NCBI GenBank assembly: GCA_026770705.1 | Contig: JANJGN010000021.1 | Coordinates: 89,404,001 to 89,468,000, forward strand | DNA from: Isurus oxyrinchus | Lineage: Eukaryota | Reading direction: 5' to 3' | Length of the DNA stretch: 64,000 nt | Part shown: positions 50,666-62,899 of the stretch, one piece after another | Position numbering within the stretch: position 1 is the first letter of the stretch | How the letters are laid out: the number at the start of each line of letters is the position of its first letter | Notes under the pieces: generated by a model | Told to the model about the DNA's origin: nothing | Database searches by the model: none | What the model saw: the letters and a program-made list of their open reading frames with translations, nothing else | Translations under genes and position numbers: made by a program

Positions 50666-51945
50666 TGTTGGGTACTGTTTGATTGTGACAATTACCAATA
50701 GCTTACCCGTGGCTTATCGTTTCTTACTTGCACAAGTTGCAGGAAATCGTTATCTTCAACCCAAAGATCTGCTGCTGGTTAGTGGAGTATATAATTACCA
50801 ACTGCTCAAAGATAAAAACGATCCAGATGGGCTGCGATGACATTGCAGTTAAACCAGAACAACACTCAATCAATGGGGTATTGGAGCTGATTGGGAACAT
50901 AACGTGAAGGCTTCTGTTCAGTATGAGTTCAGGTCTCATCCTGTTAATAAGACAGAATAATCCCTCTGTAGCTGCTGTGTATTGAGGTGTCTGATCGTCT
51001 TCCATTTGATCAAGTTTCTCTGTCATTGATAAAAAGAGGGCTTTGGGGTGATAGTAACCTAACTCACTGGGCAGGGAACCCCAAGTGATCGTGTAGCATG
51101 CTGGTTTCGTACCCTAATCAATTTACTCCCATTGACTTCAATGGACAGTACAATCAGGTGAATGTAACAATTTTGCATCCACTGTCCCCCTCCACTGACC
51201 CTCAATTTCCCAACACGCAGGTTAATTCATCAATGCTTGGTCTTCTCAAGAACATTGGTTCAGTGACCATGAAATATTGCCTCATCCAATCTTCAAGTTA
51301 ATGCACCAGTTGCCAGAACAGATCAGGCAATAACACATGCATCAATCCACCATACTGACTGGCCTTTTTCTCAAAGAAGGCGACAAAAATCTCCCTGCTG
51401 AGGAACTAGGGATGATTGCAATGATTGGGTGCTCCCGGGAAGGATGGGTAACACATCCCATAATATTATGAGAATTGGTATTGGATAGAAAATCCCAAAT
51501 AACTGACCCATGAGTTTCTGATCACAGTTCGTAAACATCACCATCCCTGGCCAAGACTAAGCAGAATTAGCCACAGTTCAAATGCCAGTTAAACAGCAAA
51601 TTGCCAGAAATACTCAAAACAGACTCCACCACCATAACCTGTAATAATGAACAAATTGTTTTATACTAAATCCTTTCTATGCAATATATTAAAGGTGGTT
51701 AATTTTTCATGTTTGTTGTCTGATTTCTTCACACCAAGATGGATTATTACAATGTGCATTTGTCATCATCATTGGCGGCCATCCCTCAATTTGAGGATGA
51801 CATCTACTCAGGGTCATGAATTTCTGCAATGGTTCTGCCATGGCATCAGCAATGCCTCCAAAATGTCTATTGAAGGACAGGAGATCTGTGGTTTCTCAAT
51901 TCCCTCCCAAGTTATTGATGTGTTAATGTTCTTCCCTCCTAGAAT

Positions 51946-52023
51946 ATGTTCTTTTTTATTCACATTCCCTCACTGAGCAGTGCACTTCCTAGTTAATATT
52001 GTTCCTGTTCACCACTGACCCAG
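51946..52023 (+). pseudogene. Gene C leader exon (frameshift and stop)
   Basis: Homologous to 39104-39182 but 1 nt shorter, with TGG>TAG at 51990-51992; CAG|GTACGA donor. Confidence 0.72.
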
Positions 52024-52225
52024 GTACGAAAATGTCTGCTTAAAATCAAGAGTAAGTGGAACAGTATATTTAAAGTGAGATGATGTGTTCTTCGGCTGTA
52101 ATGAAACATCAATGTGCGAGAAGCCCAGACAGATTGGGTATTGCTTGCAATGAACAAGAGCAGGAATAAGGACTGTAATCGTACCCCCATGATCCATAGC
52201 AACATTATGATGGTTTCTGTTCCAG

Positions 52226-52527
52226 GTCTGGAAAAGGCTGATGGGAATCCCGTCTCTTTGCACCTGGTGAATGGCACTCTGGGAGAGTCAGTAATGTTAC
52301 CAGCGAATTTTCCATGGGCAGCACTCCAGACACTCATCCACTGGGAGAATGATTCCAGTGTTTATGAAAACCAAAATGACCCACCAGACTGCCACAATGA
52401 GCTTCGAGAGAGGGTCAGGTTAAAACCCACTGACTATAGTCTGGAAATACAGACCGTAAAAGTATCCAAGGTTAATGCAGGTCAAGACAGACCATTTGCA
52501 AAGAAGTGACAGAATTGTAAGTTTACG
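52226..52527 (+). pseudogene. Gene C IgV exon, degraded
   Basis: tgttccAG acceptor and TAC G|GTAATC donor; GLEKADGN...VNGTLGESVMLP...RVRLKPTDYSLEIQT. 302 nt (frameshifted, with internal deletions) and TAA at 52518-52520. No downstream C2 exon found in the window. Confidence 0.85.
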
Positions 52528-52552
52528 GTAATCACTTGTTCAGTGACACATT

Positions 52553-53174
52553 GGCCAGGATTTGACATTGGTCGGGTGGGCTCAGTGGAGGTGGGCAGGG
52601 GTGGTCGCAGAGCTGAACGCCACCCATGACTGGCTTGGCACCACGATTTCACACGGGTGGGCCAATTAAGGCAAGTGCTACCTGTGCAGGTGGGGGGAGG
52701 AAGGAGAGTCAGGTCCAGTGCTCTTTTACACATGCACGCAAAAGAGCGCTTCAATCTCCCTGAGGCATGGAGCTGCCTCAGGGTGATTGAAGCGCTTTTT
52801 AAAGAAATTATTAAAAACATTAAAAATTTAATGAAACACGTTCGCTCATGTGACTGTGTCGCATGAGACGAGACATGTCTTTAATTTCAAAATAAAGTTC
52901 TTATACAATCAATATCAGCTTCAGGGAAGCTCGTCCCGCTCGTGGATGAGGTTTCCTAAAAAATGTAAAGGCCGCTTGGAGGACGGGCAGTGTAATCTTG
53001 GAGTTAATTAGTACATTAATGGCCTTAATTGGCCTTTCAATTATTGCACACCCATCGTATGAAATATCATGAGACAGCGTGGCGACTTGGGACACACGCT
53101 CAATGTCATCGTGCATCATTTTACGTTCCTGAATGTCATGCCCACCCCTGCACACAGAGTGCAAAATTCTGCCC
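52553..53174. mobile_element. GC-rich Harbinger-type MITE in the gene C V intron
   Basis: ggccaggattttg...caaaattctgccc; absent from the homologous position in gene B. Confidence 0.7.
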
Positions 53175-53544
53175 ATTGATTCCTTAAGTCATGGCCCTGC
53201 TCCATGAATTCAGGGAGAGTAAAAGTTACTGAAAATGGGAATGTCATTGAGGAAACACTGGGAATGAAAGTAAAGTCAATTATTTAAGTTAACCATTAGT
53301 TTTAGGTTTAACATTTGCAATTAAAAGTTACTAATGATGAAACTTACAGGTTGATAATGTAACATTCACAGGAGGAAACATTGACAGGATCATTACGTCT
53401 ACATGTATTGGAGTTTGATCGACTATCAAAATATTCTATCCCTGTGTTTCTTTGCTTTCTTTACCATAAGACTAGAGCATGATTCTAAGTTCCCGTGTAT
53501 TATTTTCACGTTTAGAATACCATCTGACTCAACTCAATTCATAA

Positions 53545-54605
53545 GTTCTGCTATCTTTATTGCAAGTGGGATGGAGTATAGAAGTAGGAAAGTATTGCTA
53601 TAACTGGCTACAGGGCATTGGGTGAGAGCACATTTAAGTACTGTGTACAGTTTTAGTCTCCTAACGTAAGGAGAGATATACTTGCAATGAAAGCAGTTTA
53701 GAGAAGGTTCACTAGGCTGATTCCTGGGATGAAGGGGCTGTCTTAGGAACATAAGAAATAGGGCAGGAATGGGCCATTCAGCCCCTCAAGCCAGCTCCAC
53801 CATTCAATATCATCTCTGATCTGGTTGTGGCCTTAGCTCCACTTTGCTGCCTACCTCCCATAACCCTTGACTACCTTGTCAATTAAAAATCTACCTAAGT
53901 CAGCCTTGAATATATTCGATGACCGAATCTCCAATGCTCGCTGGTGAACAGAATTCCAAACACTAATGACCCTCTGAGAGAAGAAGTTGTTCCTCATCTC
54001 CATCTTAAACATGAGGCCTTTATTTTCAAACTCTGTGTCCTAAATCTAGATTCTCCCATGAGGGGAAACATCCTCTCAGCCTCGACCCTGTCAAGCCCAC
54101 TCAGAATCTTATCATGTTTCAATAAGATCACCTCTCATTCTCCTAATTTCCAATGAGTAGAGGCTATGACGAAAAGTTGAGCAGGTTGGGCCTACAATCA
54201 TTGGAGTTTAGAAGAATGACAGGTCATCTTACTGAACATAAAGAGATCTGAGGAAACTTGACAAGGTAGATACTAAGAGGATGTTTCCACTCGTGGGGGA
54301 ATCGAGAACTACGGAGCACAATGTTACAAAAATGGAGTCTCCCATTTGAGATGGAGATAAAGAGGAATTTCTTCTTCTTGGTGTTAACTTTGGAATTCTC
54401 TTCCCCAGAGAGCAGTAGAGGCTGGGTCATTGAATGTATCAAGGCTGAGTTGCAGATTTTTCATCAACAAGAGTCAATATTTATGGAGTAGAGGTGGCAG
54501 CAGGAAAGTTGATAGAAGGCCACAATCTGATGAGCCATGATTTTGTTGAATCATGTAGCAGGCTTGAAGAGCCAAATGGCCTACTCCAGCTCCTGACTCT
54601 TGCTA
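53545..54605 (+). mobile_element. CR1 LINE 3' fragment with an opposite-strand CR1 nested at ~53745-54162
   Basis: The host frame resumes gctgtcttag|...|ctatgacgaaaagttgagcagg; both copies carry CR1 3' ends. Confidence 0.7.
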
Positions 54606-56822
54606 AATTAGGAGGCATGTAACGAGGGTGATACAGTAACCACAGCCTTTAGTCTTCATATAGACCAAATTGGTAACATTATAAACCTTTTCCTTGAGAC
54701 TATCTTTAATTTCTCCATTAGCTACAGTTGGACCTCTTTTCCCATGGGTGTTTTATTCTTCAATAGTGTGGAAGACAAGCTCATGCAATATATACAGATA
54801 GTTTTCTAAATCAATATGTTGAGAACCAACAAGGGTAAAGACTATTTTAGATTATGTTAAATAGTATTGTGCAATGACAAGGTTAATAAATAACCATGTA
54901 GTGAAGCAGTCTCTGGAGAACAGTGATTCTAATATTATAGAATTTAATATTGAGTCTGAATGTGATTTAGTTAAGCTTAAAATTAGGCTTTAAATCTGAA
55001 TGAAGTAAATTACAAAGGCATGACGGGTGAGCTGGCCGAGATACTCGGGCAGTAAAAAAAATGACGACACATTAGAACAATGGGAACATCTTTATTTTCC
55101 AAGCTAAGGTTCTTTCTCCCTGCCATCTTTTACTACTAGGTCTACCCTCCCCCTGTACTTTATTGGCTGCGAAGTACTTGGGACACTTGGTGCATATGAA
55201 AGGAGCAAGTCTTTCCTTTTTGTTAAGTATCAGTTTTCCTCATACACTTAAACTATCAATATCTTCGTAATTTTATGCTCCCTTCTATGCTATTTATTAA
55301 ATCACTACCTTTGTGTCATTGGCAAACCTGGATATCTGACTCTACATTAACAAATATAGTTCAGACTCCAAAATAGATCCTTGTGGAGCATCATGAGATA
55401 GTTCCTTTCCATTCGAGTACATACTCATTATCTGTCCTCTCTAGCTTCTACCACCAAACAAATTTCCTAAGCAGATCAATAATTTGCTTTCAATTCCATG
55501 AGCTTTAATGTCAGCTAATAGTCTCTAATGTACGCCTTCAGTCTCCATTGAGTGTCCAGGAGAGCAAAATGAATTATCCGAGGTCAGGTTAAACTTTATC
55601 TCAAAGCACTGGAAAGGAACTTGTAAAGGGAATGGGAAGTACCAGCGTCTTGATCCTGGTTGGAAATAACAATGAGGAGGTTATGCTAAGGAAGCACAGG
55701 GAGCAAAGTATATTAAAAAGTAGGACACGGACTGGGAATCGCCAAATGGCTACCCAAGCTATAAGCCCATTGGAATCAAGCTGATCAGATTAGAGAAGTC
55801 ATTGCATGGCTAAACAAGTGATATGAAAGAAGTCTTGGCACCTTCTATAGTTTGCTATAGCTGGATACCTAATAGTGTCTCTGACCCTTACTGCAGGTGT
55901 TACAGACTTAAATTTTCTTCCCTATTGCATCATGTATAAATTCCTAGCCTTCTAGAGGCTCACATCTAGCTCCATATAGCTGTTATGCCTGCTTTATGTA
56001 GTCATAGTCATAGAAATCTACTAGTCACACCCCGAAAAGTGATGTCTGGATACAAGAAGGCATAGACATAAGACCAGTGCTCCTCTCTGTTGAAATTTTC
56101 TGCAGGGCAAAAATCAACTTCTGCCGCACAACTCCAGGCTCCTTCCCCCCCCCAGTTAGGAACTAACCACCCACCCCAACACCACTGTATCATTCTCACC
56201 ATCCAGCCTCACTTAGCAAATGGACATTAAACCAAAGAGTCGCTCTCCCCTTCCATTTTGAGTTTCACACCCCTCATAGCCCCATCTCACCTCTGATATT
56301 CGTACCAGTCAATGCTCCATATGGACTTCCATTCTGTATAAGCCTTATTTCATTTTCCACTTATTTCTGTGCCACCCTTCTCTCCTGTTTATAGTTCCAT
56401 CTGACCTCTATTTCTGATCTCTTAAAACCTGGAACATTAACATATCTGTCCAAAGCTGTACGCTGAAGCCCCTAACCAATGTGCCTGAGGAGTCTTACTT
56501 TGCCTGAGCAACAGTGATTTGCTGCAATCTTGGTGGGTAAGATAACAGTAAAAACAGTATAAACTGGAATTTCCAATATTAATTATACATACGGTAAAGG
56601 GTATTGTCCTTGTTCCTAATATTATCTATAAGGGATCCTAAAATACAGCTACCATACAATGAATATGCACTGAGAGGTGTCAATTTTCAAATGAGACTTG
56701 CCACGTCAATCCTCTCGGATGGATGGGATGAATCCCATGATAATATTTTGAAGAAGAGTAGGAGAGCTCCCCCTAGTGTCCTCACTAATATTTCTCTTTC
56801 ATCCAACATAACTAAAAATAAA

Positions 56823-57940
56823 AACATGATAAGGTCCCCCTTGTCCTCACTTATCACCCCACCAGCCTCCGCATTCAAAGGATCATCCTCCGCCATTTCC
56901 GCCAACTCCAGCATGATGCCACCACCAAACACATCTTCCCTTCACCCCCCTTATCGGCATTCCGTAGGGATCGCTCCCGCCGGGACACCCTGGTCCACTC
57001 CTCCAAGACCCCCTACTCCTCAACCCCCTCCTATGGCACCACCCCATGCCCACGCAAAAGATGTAACACCTGCCCCTTCACTTCCTCTGTCCTCACCGTC
57101 CAAGGGCCCAAACACTCCTTTCAAGTGAAGCAGCATTTCACTTGCATTTCCCCCAACTTAGTCTACTGCATTCGTTGCTCCCAATGGGGTCTCCTCTACA
57201 TTGGAGAGACCAAACGTAAACTGGGCGACCGCTTTGCAGAACACCTGCGGTCTGTCCGCAAGAATGACCCAAACCTCCCTGTCGCTTGCCATTTTAACAC
57301 TCCACCCTGCTCTCTTGCCCACATGTCTGTCCTTGGCTTACTGCATTGTTCCAGTGAAGCCCAACGCAAACTGGAGGAACAACACCTCATCTTCCGACTA
57401 GGCACCTTACAGCCTTCCGGTCTGAATATTGAATTCAACAACTTTAGGTCGTGAGCTCCCTCCCCCATCCCCACCCCCTTTCTGTTTCCCCCTTTTTCCC
57501 TTTTTTTTCCCTACAAATTTTATAGATTTTTCTTTTCCCACCTATTTCCTTTATTTTTAAATATTTTAAAATCTTTGATGCTCCCCCCACCCCCACTAGA
57601 GCTGTACCTTGAGTGCCCTACCATCCATTCTTAATTAGCACATTCGTTTAGATAATATCACCAACTTTAACTTTAACACCTATGTGTTCTTTTGTACCAT
57701 TGTCGCTGACATCTTTTGATGATCTGCTTCTATCTGCTTGTTTGTCTACACAAGCACCTCTCTCTCTATCTCTCCGCCCCCCCACACACACACCTTAAAC
57801 CAGCTTATATTTCAACTCTTTCTTGGACTCGAAATCAAGTTCTGTCGAAGGGTCATGAGGACTCGAAACGTCAACTCTTTTCTTCTCCGCCGATGCTGCC
57901 AGACCTGCTGAGTTTTTCCAGGTAATTCTGTTTTTGTTTT
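56823..57940 (+). mobile_element. 5'-truncated Penelope-like retroelement (GIY-YIG endonuclease, 3' pseudo-LTR)
   Basis: Open frame 56825-57454: VPLVLTYHP...CPRKRCNTC...NLVYCIRC...LYIGETKRKLGDRFAEH...VACHF...LEEQHLIFRLGTLQPSGLN. Exact 15-bp TSD ATAACTAAAAATAAA at 56808-56822 and 57941-57955. Confidence 0.92.
57838..57876 (+). ncRNA. Minimal type I hammerhead ribozyme motif in Penelope pseudo-LTR
   Basis: AGUU-CUGUCGA-A-GGGUC(AUGAG)GACUC-GAAA-CGUC^AACU: stem I AGUU/AACU, stem II GGGUC/GACUC, palindromic ACGU stem III. The core has U at the usual A6 position. Confidence 0.65.
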
Positions 57941-58249
57941 ATAACTAAAAATAAATTACCTACCACATTTCCTACAACAGTGACTCTACTTCAAGCTACT
58001 TCATTGGCTGTAAAGCGATTTGGAATGTCCCGAAAGGTGTTACATAAATGCAAGTCTTTCTTCTCTTTTAAGGCAAACTGATTTACATGGAACATTCAGA
58101 GTAATTTAATAGTTGGCTCCAATGTAATCATAATTAACACATCATTTCTATACAACCTAAATGGAATGAGTTAACCTCTTCTCACTAGCACCAAAGACAA
58201 AGTCAAACACAGATGCATGAACTAGTATTATGAGTATTACTACTGGGGG

Positions 58250-58600
58250 AGATGGTGGTGTAATGGTGATGTCACTGAGACCCAGGTGAATTCTCTTGGG
58301 ACATGGTTTCAAATCCCACCATGGGAGCTGGTGGAATTTAAATTCAATAAATAAAATCTGGAATATAAAGCTAGTCTTTGTGATGATGGCCATGAGCTAT
58401 CATCAATTGTTGCAAAAACCCATCTGGTTCACTAATGTCCTTTAGTGTCCTTATCTGGTCTGGTCTACATGTGACTGCAGATCTTAACTGTTCTTTGAAA
58501 TGGCCTAGCAAGCCACTCAGTTCAAGGGCATATTAGGGATGGGCAACAAATACCAGCCTTGCCAGTGACACCCACATCCCGTGAAAGAATAAATGAAAAG
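58250..58600 (+). mobile_element. tRNA-derived SINE sharing the 3' tail of LINE family 1
   Basis: A box ggtggtgtaatgg, B box ggtttcaaatccc; tail caagggcatattagggatgggcaacaaataccagccttgccagtgacacccacatccc. Second copy at ~31510-31885. Confidence 0.8.
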
Positions 58601-59437
58601 AAACTTTGCTCAATCATTTCAGTTAATAAAATTAGTATTATTGTACAGTGTGCCAATGCATTAATAACAGGTACTGTGGTAGAGATTACTAAGCAAAGGA
58701 GTGTAAAGCATTACAGGAACAGGCATAATTTAAGGGGATTGCACTATTTCAAGATTGGTCAGGTTTGCTTGATTAGTGCTGCAAATAAGGATTAATGTCT
58801 AAATGCCAGATTTCAGGGCTTTTCTGTTTTTTTATTTTGACAGAGTTGGGGGGAGGGGTAGGATATTTTCAATGCTAAGAAAAAAATGTTCTCCAAACTT
58901 TAAAGTACCTTGATGATAGGTGGTTAATATGCTAAAATATAACTTGTTTTTCCGATAGATTAAAAGGTTATGCATTATCATATTCAGGCAATCAAAAAAC
59001 AGCATATACCCATTGCACTGGGAAGCCTTTTAATATGTCTGTCTGGGAGCCAAAAGGAGTCAGGCCTTTTGAAACAGGAAAGTTGTGAGGAAAGTCAAAT
59101 TTCATTCAAGGAAAGATTGAGATCTTTCACTGAGGCAAATAAATCAGAAATGCTGGAGGTGAGTTAACTGCAATCTGCAAGTCAATAACGTCGACACAGC
59201 TGTTGCCCTGCTTGCCATGTTCTTTATTTTGTATTATTACACAAAGGCAAATTTTAGGGATTGACTTAAATAAATCTGATCATAAAGTCTGTACTATATG
59301 CCCATCCTTCTTCAAAGTGACTTAAAATTAACATTTGGCTTTGCCATAGCAAATGTTTGCTCAGCCCACCTTCAGCGAATAACACTAATTTCCAGTTCAG
59401 GTTACAGGGAATACTATTATACCCAATGGGCATCAAT

Positions 59438-59915
59438 TGGAGGCACAGTGGGTAGCTTCCCTTCTCTGAGCAAGAGGTTCTGGGTTCAAGCTCCATTCCA
59501 TGACTTGATGGCCAAGGAAGGTGTGTTCATAATGTGGCCAAAAGGTTGAGTATCAACTTGTAAATCCTTCCAACATAAGCTGATGGCAGGCGGTAAGAGC
59601 AGGAGAGATTCCTGGTCAGCCATGTCATGGAAAGAAATTAAATTTCAATCATCACTTATCCATAGCTTCAAGCTGCAACATGTATGCAAAAGTGTACACT
59701 GCCACAGCAACTCAGGCTCCTTGAGGAAAGGAGGGGGGCACGATTGGCTCACTCATCTGGGCAGATGCTGTGGGTCACATTAGTGCAAATAGCAGGGGGT
59801 TCGATCTCCATTCCAGATGGGGTAGAACTGGGACCTGCCTCCATGCCTGTAGTGGAGGTCGTAGCACTGTGGAGCGGATCTGCTTTTAGACTGAGAACTC
59901 AAAAAGAAGGTATTA
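59438..59915 (+). mobile_element. tRNA-headed SINE-like element
   Basis: ggcacagtgggtag...ggttctgggttcaagctcc A/B boxes; extent of the body uncertain. Confidence 0.5.
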
Positions 59916-60470
59916 ACTAACACAAAATCAAGATGTTCATAATGTAACTAGAACGATTGAACGGCAATATAGCTCCAAGGCAGGATGCTGTGTGGCCTGG
60001 AGAAGAACATGTAGGTGGCTATGTTCCCATGTGTCTGCTGCCCTTGTCTTTCTGGACGTTTCTAGACGTTCTGTCAAAACAGCCTTCTTGTCAAGTTGCT
60101 GCAGTGCATTGTGTAGATGGTACACAATGATGCCATGATGCTCAGGTGGTGGAGGGGGTGAATGTGTGAGGTTCTGGATGGTATGCCAATCAGGCAGGCA
60201 GCTTTGTCCTGGATGGTGCAAAGGTTCTTCAGTATTACTGGAGCAGCATTCATGCAGGCAAGTTAAATGGTGGGCAGGTTTTGGGAAGTCAGGAGTTGAG
60301 TTGCTGCAGAATTCCCAGCCTCTGACCTGCTCTGGTAACCACAATATTTGTATGGCTGGTCCAGTTAGGTTTCTTGTCAGTGGTGTAAGAATCTGTAATA
60401 TTTTTTGACTGATTTAATTGCACTTTTAATTGAAATCTGTAGTTAAAAATTTATGGAAGCTATCCAACCC

Positions 60471-60491
60471 GGGGGGGGGGGGGGGGGGGGG
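60471..60491 (+). repeat. G21 homopolymer
   Basis: 21 consecutive G. Confidence 0.9.
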
Positions 60492-61225
60492 TGCCATCAA
60501 TAGTTTGAATTATATAGAGTGCTGTGGCTGTAACAGCTGCAGGCTGGGTTTGATTCATCACTGATTAAAAAGTGTCACTGGCAACACCTTAAGGCACAAA
60601 AAAGTTGTAAAATGAACCAAAGCTAATAAACACTTGCACAGTGCAAATTTCAAGGCTGAATGCATGTGACCACAGACTGTTTCAGTATCTGAGAAGTCAC
60701 GAGTGGTATGGGACACCATGCAATAAGTGGGCAACCCCACTTCTAATCTTATGTTGGAGGGAAGGCCATTGATGAAGCAGTTGAAGATGGCAGTGCCTAG
60801 AAACTCCTGCAGCGATGTTATGGGGCTGAGATGATCAGCCTCCAATAAACACAACCATTTATTTTTGTGCGAGGTATGAATCCAACCAGGGGACAGTTTT
60901 CCCCGAATCCCATTGATTTCAATTTTGTTAGCACTCCTTGATACCACAATCGATCAAACGCTGCCTTCATGTAAAGGGGAGAAACTCTTACTTCACCTCG
61001 AATTCAGCTCATTTGTCCATGTTTGGACCAAAGCTCGCATGAGGACTGGAGTCAATGGCCCTGGCAGAACTCAAAATGAGCACCAGTGAGCAGGTGATTG
61101 CTAAGTGCCTTTTGATAGCACTGTCAATTACACCTTCCATATCTTGCAGATGATTGACAATAGACTAAGGGGGTGATAGTAGGACAGCTTGAACTTGTTC
61201 TGCTTTTTGTAGCCAGAATGACAGT

Positions 61226-61371
61226 CCTGTAACTCTTTCGAGTACAAACATGTTTCCATCTGTTTCAGATGAAGTTACATTGTTTCATAGTTTGCCATTG
61301 TGAGATTTGAACTCTTGATCTTGGGGTTACAAGCCCAGTACCATAACCACTTGGCTATTTAGGCCAAGCCT
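61226..61371 (-). mobile_element. 146-bp tRNA-derived mini-element with 8-bp TSD
   Basis: TSD ATGACAGT at 61218 and 61372; tRNA-like head 61294-61364 (TAGCCAAGTGG, TGT anticodon loop, GTTCAAAT). Confidence 0.75.
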
Positions 61372-61905
61372 ATGACAGTGCTGTAGTTATACTAGAACAG
61401 CTTGGCTTGAGGTGCAGCTAGTTCTGCAGCACAAGTCTTCAGTACTATAACTGGGAAATTATTCAGGGCTGGTCTTTGCAGTACCCAGTGCCTTCAGCCA
61501 TTTCATGATATCGCTTGGGAGTGAATCAAATTGGCTGAAGATAGGCAACTGTGATGTTAGGGGCCTCAGGAGGAGATCTAAGATAGATCATCTACTCAGT
61601 ACTTCTGACTGAAGGTGGTTGCAAATGTTTCAACTTGTCTTCTGCACTGATGTGCTAAGCTGCATGATCAGAGGATGGGGGTGTTTGCAGATCCTCTTTC
61701 TTCCAGTTAGTTAATTACGCATCATTATTCACAACTGATTGATTGGTTGTGGGATCACTTTGTTCTGTCTAGTGCATTCTGCTTGCCTGATATTATGCTT
61801 ACAGTTTCAACTTTAAATTCTCCCTCCATGGAACTGCATTGAGGTTCCATTACATCCTGTCTAACTTCTGTACATTAACCCCTGTGCAATCATCAGAACT
61901 GAACC

Positions 61906-62765
61906 ATGTTCAGCACCATTTGCAACTACTCAGACACTGAGTCTGTCCATGTCCAAATGCAGCAAGACCTGGACAATATCTAGGCTTGGGCTGACAAATG
62001 GCAAGTAACAAGTGACATTCACACCACACAAGTGCCAGGCAATGACCATCTCCAATAAGAGAGGGTCTAACCATCACCCCTTGATATTCAATGGCATTAC
62101 CATCACTAAATCCCCCACTATCAACATCCTGGAGGTTACCATTGACAAGAAACTGAACTGGACTAGCCATATGAATGCTGTGGCTACAAAAGCAGGTCAG
62201 AGGTTTGGAATTGTGCGGTAACTCACCTCCTCACTCCTCAAAGCCTCTTCACCATCTGCAAGGCACAAGTCAGGAGTGTGATGGAATACCTTCCACTTGC
62301 CTGGATGAGCGCAGCTCCAACAACACTCAAGAAGCTTGACACCATCCAGGAGAAAGCAGCCTGCTGGATTGGGACCCCTTCTACAAACATTCACTCCCTC
62401 CACCACCAACGAGCAGTGACAGCACTGTGCACCATCCACAAGATGCACTGCAGAAACTCACCAAGGCTCCTTAGGCAGCACCTACCATCCAGGAGGAGGA
62501 GAGGGCAACAGGTACTTGGGACACCACCACCTGGAAGCTCCCCTCCAAGTCACTCACCATCTTGACTTGGAAATATATCGCTGTTCCTTTACTGTTGTTG
62601 GGTCAAAATCCTGGAACTCCCTCCCTAACAGCACTGTGGGTGTACCTACATCACATAGACTGCAGCAGTTCAAGAAGGCAGCTCACCACCACCTTCTCAA
62701 GGGCAATTAAGGATGGGCAATAAATGCTGGCCTAGCCAGCTTCCGTAAATGAATTTGAAAAAATC
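61906..62765 (+). mobile_element. CR1-group LINE family 1, 3' fragment
   Basis: ILEVTIDKKLNWTSH, MEYLPLAWMSAAPTTLKKLDTIQ, SKSWNSLPNS; tail present. Confidence 0.88.
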
Positions 62766-62899
62766 ATTAATTGAACATTGAATGCAATTGTATGACAAAT
62801 TATCAAATTATCTTTAGTTTTATCAAATTCATGAATCAAAGCTAGGGATGAAGTTTTAATTCAAAAGGGATAGCAACACAAAAGGGTTCTAATTTTTTT

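Larger units (their letters stand above)
44620..53520 (+). repeat. Segmental duplication unit, copy 2 (gene C)
   Basis: Same blocks as 33780-40070 in the same order, interrupted by copy-specific TE insertions. Confidence 0.8.
59950..61800 (-). mobile_element. CR1-group LINE family 1, degraded, with insertions
   Basis: Homology to 25700-26400 and further upstream RT region; interrupted at ~60380-60660 and 61226-61371. Confidence 0.7.

Noticed and set aside
3836-52527. Rearranging Ig/TCR V segments
   Set aside because: The V exons end in splice donors, lack the canonical Cys pair, and no heptamer/nonamer RSS was seen next to them.
56604-57128. 174-aa Pro/Ser-rich ORF
   Set aside because: Alternative frame that crosses the Penelope insertion boundary; the meaningful frame is 56825-57454.
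60471-60491. Functional G-quadruplex
   Set aside because: Bare homopolymer inside repeat debris; its length is error-prone and there is no context suggesting function.
61294-61364. tRNA-Thr(TGT) gene
   Set aside because: The acceptor stem pairs at only 3 of 7 positions, the T stem is imperfect, and it lies inside a TSD-flanked insertion; it is a SINE head.
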